A DNA stretch of 64,000 nucleotides. Origin: Rotaria socialis (lineage: Eukaryota). Both the position numbers and the translations under genes were made by a program. The notes beneath the pieces were generated by a model. It searched no databases and was not told where the DNA came from. It was given only the letters and a program-made list of their open reading frames with translations. The DNA is taken from positions 186,001 to 250,000 of the forward strand of contig CAJNYD010000015.1 of assembly GCA_905331295.1 (NCBI GenBank). Direction: 5' to 3'. Below, one piece after another: positions 59,417 to 64,000 of the stretch (the stretch's first letter is position 1; each line of letters begins with the position of its first letter).

Positions 59417-62152
59417 TTAAAAATTTGCCGATATATATCTTCGTGGCATATAAAAATAAATAAAAAAAAGGATCAATGGGATGCCAATAAGTAAACCAAA
59501 AGTCAAAATTAGTGGCGTTAAAATAACTGTACTTATAAATACGAATATACATAGAAGAAAACGAGGCATTGAATCAACATCGATGTCAAGAGAGTATCGA
59601 TAGAATTTTTTTGTTATGACTATCGGTAGTATAAATAACAGTAGTGGGACAGCAAGAACAATGATTAATATTGCTACGATTGGAGTTAATATCCATGATA
59701 ATAATAAATAAATTATTGATTTAAATTTTGACCAACGTTTTTGACCATAAAACGTACAGCCGGTAGGAGTTATAAAATGTAAATTATCGACTTCTTTCAT
59801 ACATAACCAACAAAATTCGCATGTACAAATGGCACAACGTATATGATTACATGAACCATCATCTAATTTTTCTATTGGGCTTTTACCTAAGAAAATAAAA
59901 ACAACCTAACGATAATTGATCCGCAGTGACATGATTCATGAAAACAAAGAACACTTTTAAAAGCTCCACGAGTTTCGTTCATCTCATAGATTATAAGAGC
60001 AGCTAATTGAAGTCTTTAAATCCTTTTCTTGCATTGTAAAAGATTACTTTTATGGAGCAATTATCTTGTAAATCAGGATATGCTAATAAGCCTCATAATT
60101 TATAAAATAGATTTAAGATCCACAGAGTTACGATTATATGAATTAGAGATTGCCATGAAATGACGTTTTCATCTACTTACATTGTTGATTATAAAAGAAA
60201 AATTTTCGAGACTCAATTTTTTAAAATAATTGTCTTAATTGGGGTATCTCGGAATGTCGTTGTGCTCGTTATCAAAACTAAAATAGAATAATCTGTAGTC
60301 GACAATTATGATGACGTATATTTAGTTTATGCATTATAATCTACTATGGTGAAATTCTATTACCATAATTCAAAATAGATTGCATTCAAAACAAAACAAA
60401 AGCAAATAGAATATATTTTACTAAAATTAGAAAAACAACCTAAATATCTGATGAAATAATCTTCATCTAATTTTTTATAGTCTGAGAACATGAGCTTTTT
60501 CTTTGTTCAAATTGTCTATGATTAAATAAGTCTAAAATAAGATTTCATTGAATGAAGATTGATGTTTTTTATTTTTAATAAAAACTCGTATTTTACTAAT
60601 ATCTCTGATACTATGTTGATGTTGAATAGTATGATGATAAATATTTATGTACGTGATCCAATCAAGCAGATTTATAATATGTAATAAATAATACAACATT
60701 ATATAAAATGAAAACTCTTTTAACCTTCGATTTAACATTTACGAACTTATTATCATAAATAAAAGAATTAGAAAAAAATATCGCAAAAAAAACGTGACTG
60801 AAAATTCATCCTTCAAAACAATGTAAGATTCAGTTCGTATTTCTTTTACTACACAATTTAACACTCACATATTGTATTTCAACAAAATTTTATTATCACA
60901 ATTTCTAGTAGGATCATGTCTAACTATTCCTATTGTCATTTCGTCTGAATGAATCTCTATAATTGATGAAAACTAATAATATAACTGCATGAACGAATGC
61001 TGATTATTCTTACTGTATTTAGGAAAAAATCATGTTAATCATAAATTCGAAAATATTTCTAATTGTATCATTTTGAAAGAAAACCGAAAGCTTACATCGT
61101 GGACAAGATCGAATACTTCCACCATTCGTACTCGATTTCATCAACATTTCGAGTGTAGGATCTTTTGCAGCACGTTGAGCAGATGCACTTTCACATGTTG
61201 AACTGGGATGCCAAATTTGTGAACAACGTTGACAAAATGGTCGCTTACAAACAAGGCAATCGAATTTACTTGCTTTACGAGTATTTTCAACCAACACAGC
61301 AAAATTGCAATTTGGATAACTAATATTTTTTTTGAAAACAAAAAAGTTTCTTCAATATTTTATTTTATTCAAAAATAAAATTTCTTATTTTTCTCTTTTA
61401 CTTTTTTTTGTATATACTTACGGGCACCATTTGGTATCCGGCATTTTCTGTAAAACTCGTCTTAACATAAATGTTTCATAACGTTCATACATTTGTTGAT
61501 CATTTAATATTCTTTTAATATCACTCGGATGCAGAACTTCTTTACATTCATTATGTGGACATTCTAATAATGCTGGACAACCGAGATGTATTTTATCAAT
61601 TAAATACATTTGTAAACACGAATGGCAAAAATTATGCTCACATGATCGTAAATTTTCACAGTCATTTGTTAAGTAACATATTTCACATTCATTTACATTA
61701 GTATTAATATTTGTTACTGTTGTTATCATTGAATGTAAATAAGTTTCATCGTTTGTAGTTGTTGTTGAATTCAAATCGTGTATAGCTGGTAAAGTAGATG
61801 TTTGCGTTGGCGTCATTTGTACAAACGAGTTCATATTCCAACTAGCTGACATACGACGAAAAAACGTTTGTGGAAGTATTTCATCATTGGTTGATATTGC
61901 ACTAGATGGACTTGTTATACGTTTAATAACATCGCTAGCACGAATATCAATGGATGATGTCGAAGAATGTGATGCTTGAGAATATGAACGTGGATACGCA
62001 TCTCGTGATGGTACTGTATCATCATCGTTTGATGATATTGTTAAAATAGTATGCGTTTTTCTATTTTCATTCGTAGGAGAAGTACGTTCGCCGATGGGAT
62101 GAACTCGATGATGTTTTCGTGGATTTGATGAAGACGTTTCACCAACTTGCAT
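59417..62152 (-). CDS. RNF19: RBR-type E3 ubiquitin ligase, RNF19-like, 3 exons
   Basis: RING1 (CEIC...CEHNFCHSC...CPHNEC), IBR (WCP...C..C...FCQRCSQIWH) and RING2 (CPRC...DGSCNHIRCAICTCEFCWLC). These are followed by HFITPTGCTFYGQKRWS and hydrophobic TM segments. Confidence 0.88.
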
Positions 62153-63468
62153 ATTTCAGTTTAACAGCTTTCAAATGAATGAAGATGGATTTTGTTTTAC
62201 TTGGCAAAAGTAAATGAAGCTGAATGCATTCTGTTTACGTGCTACTCTAGAGAGGAAGAAAAGAAAAAGGAGAAGAAAAATAAAAAACTCTGTTTGCTCC
62301 ACTTTCCACGCGTACGTTGGTTGAGAACAGATCTCAGAAGTATCGAGAAATAAGTTCTTACATGCGCAGGACGATTTTATTTATCTAACACAAGAACAAA
62401 ATACAATTTCTCTTTCTCTCTCTCTCGTTACATTCTATTCATTATTGAAATATACATGTAAAAAATAAATAGTTCATCTCACCATACGTTCGTCTACAGC
62501 CAATTGATTATAATGTACTGATAATAAATATCAAGCATATATCCGTCGGTGTCGTTTTTACTTTTTTTTCTTCTTTCATCGAAATGAAGCGAAGAAAAAA
62601 ATATTTGCTGTTTTTTTTAATAATAGTAAAAATATAGCCGTTTTACTTGTTATCGCCTTCACATATAACTAATGACGAAACAAAAAAAATTACATGGTAA
62701 AAAAAGTGCGCATATAAATAGACAATGAAAAAATATAAACGTGTTCTAGCTGATGCATATATGCATACACTTTTATTGCTGTCTTTTTTTTCTATGTAAG
62801 TCTCTTCTTTTACCTTTATTGTATTTACTCAAGTCATTGCCTCTTGTACCGACACATACACAGAACGATTAGACGGCTAAAGTAGATAAACGATTTATTA
62901 AATGTGTGTAATTTAGGCTTTATTTGTGGTATTCTTTAAGATTTTTTTCCTTNGATTTTTTTCCTTTCATTCTTATTGTTCGATTGTCGTCAATTCAACA
63001 TAGTCAAGGAGAACAGCGACAACTAAAATAAATATGTCTAGTCTTAGATGTATATTCTCATCATTAGCATCATCTACTTCCTTTCGATTTAATCAAGAAG
63101 AAACGATAAATTGATAATGTGAAGGCTGTCATCAAGGTTTTTCATGATAGTTGATGCGTAAATTTCTTCATAGATCTTTGGAATTTAGCCGGAAAAATTC
63201 TTATTACAGACATTTCATGTTTATTTTTTTGTAAACATTGTACATATTTTCTATCAGATGCTTATAATATATACGAGGCACAGAATAGAATTTAATGTTT
63301 TTTTGAAAAATTTTTTATTTTTAATTATCATTTAACATTCAAAAACAGTTTGGAATGGACTTTTCATACTATTCTACAATCATTTATAACTACATGTATT
63401 TATATATACTGACAAAAAGTGATTCAAAAGCAATCTATAAAAAAAAGTCTTTTTTTTTTAAATATTTT

Positions 63469-63941
63469 TCAACAAATAAAAAAGATATCTTTCAGTAAGT
63501 TTTGTTCTTCCGAATCTGCATTGGCATTCATTCGATTGTTATTCTTGAATTGAGGCTTATGATTTATCTGTGATTTATTTGGTACTTGTTCGTGCAATGA
63601 TTCATTCAAAGATAAAATTAAAAGATCTTCATCATTATTATTCATTGTAAAGCGTTGAGTTTGTATTGGACGGTTGACTTGTTTGTCAGAAATTCTAAAT
63701 CAATATAAATTTGTTTTTGTAAAAAAAGTCGTCTAGAGAAATTGCATTACTTGACAATCGGTTTTGTTGCTACCTTCGCCGGTGATGTAGCACGTTCGAC
63801 GACAACTTTTTTAATTTCATGTTTCAACGGCGATGTAGCTCGTGTTGTTGTTTGAATAGTTGAAGTTGATGATGATTTTACTGGTTGTTCCATTGACAAA
63901 TTAATATTTCGTTGTTGCAATTCTTTTTCAAGTATTTGTTG
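63469..63941 (-). CDS. Last two exons of a gene starting beyond the window; product uncertain
   Basis: Open exons QQILEKELQQRN...TKPIV and ISDKQVNR...EEQNLLKDIFFIC* are separated by a short GT-AG intron. The C-terminus recalls KIAA1328/hinderin from memory, which is unverified. Confidence 0.55.
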
Positions 63942-64000
63942 CTAAAACAAGACACCGGCTTTTCAACGAAATGAGAAAACAATAGCATCATCACAAACTT

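Overview
AT-rich eukaryotic (metazoan) genomic DNA with many short GT-AG introns. It is most consistent with a bdelloid rotifer, which I infer from the expanded F-box/LRR-like genes, an endonuclease-less Penelope/Athena-like RT and a foreign-looking amylase. Host genes in order: POLQ (3' end off-window), an SGNH/GDSL hydrolase, a polypeptide GalNAc transferase, an F-box/LRR-like gene, a decayed homeobox gene, a small unknown gene, CFAP210/CCDC173-like, egghead, CK2 beta, TFIIH p62, a second F-box/LRR-like gene with an in-frame stop, a multidomain secreted GH13 alpha-amylase, BROX, an RNF19-like RBR ligase, and the 3' end of an unknown gene. Mobile DNA: mariner-like MITEs, a cluster of CCCAGG-terminal MITEs within a local foldback duplication, two Helentron/DINE-like elements, and a degraded Athena-like retroelement. 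The retroelement has a duplicated 3' end carrying a degenerate hammerhead-like motif, and its RT is split by a hAT-like insertion with the two halves on opposite strands. Most notable: the chimeric amylase, the internal Athena-like element, a compact POLQ (very short central linker and insert 2), and a possible CUG-initiated N-terminal extension of CK2 beta. All exon boundaries were read by eye; no database searches were run.
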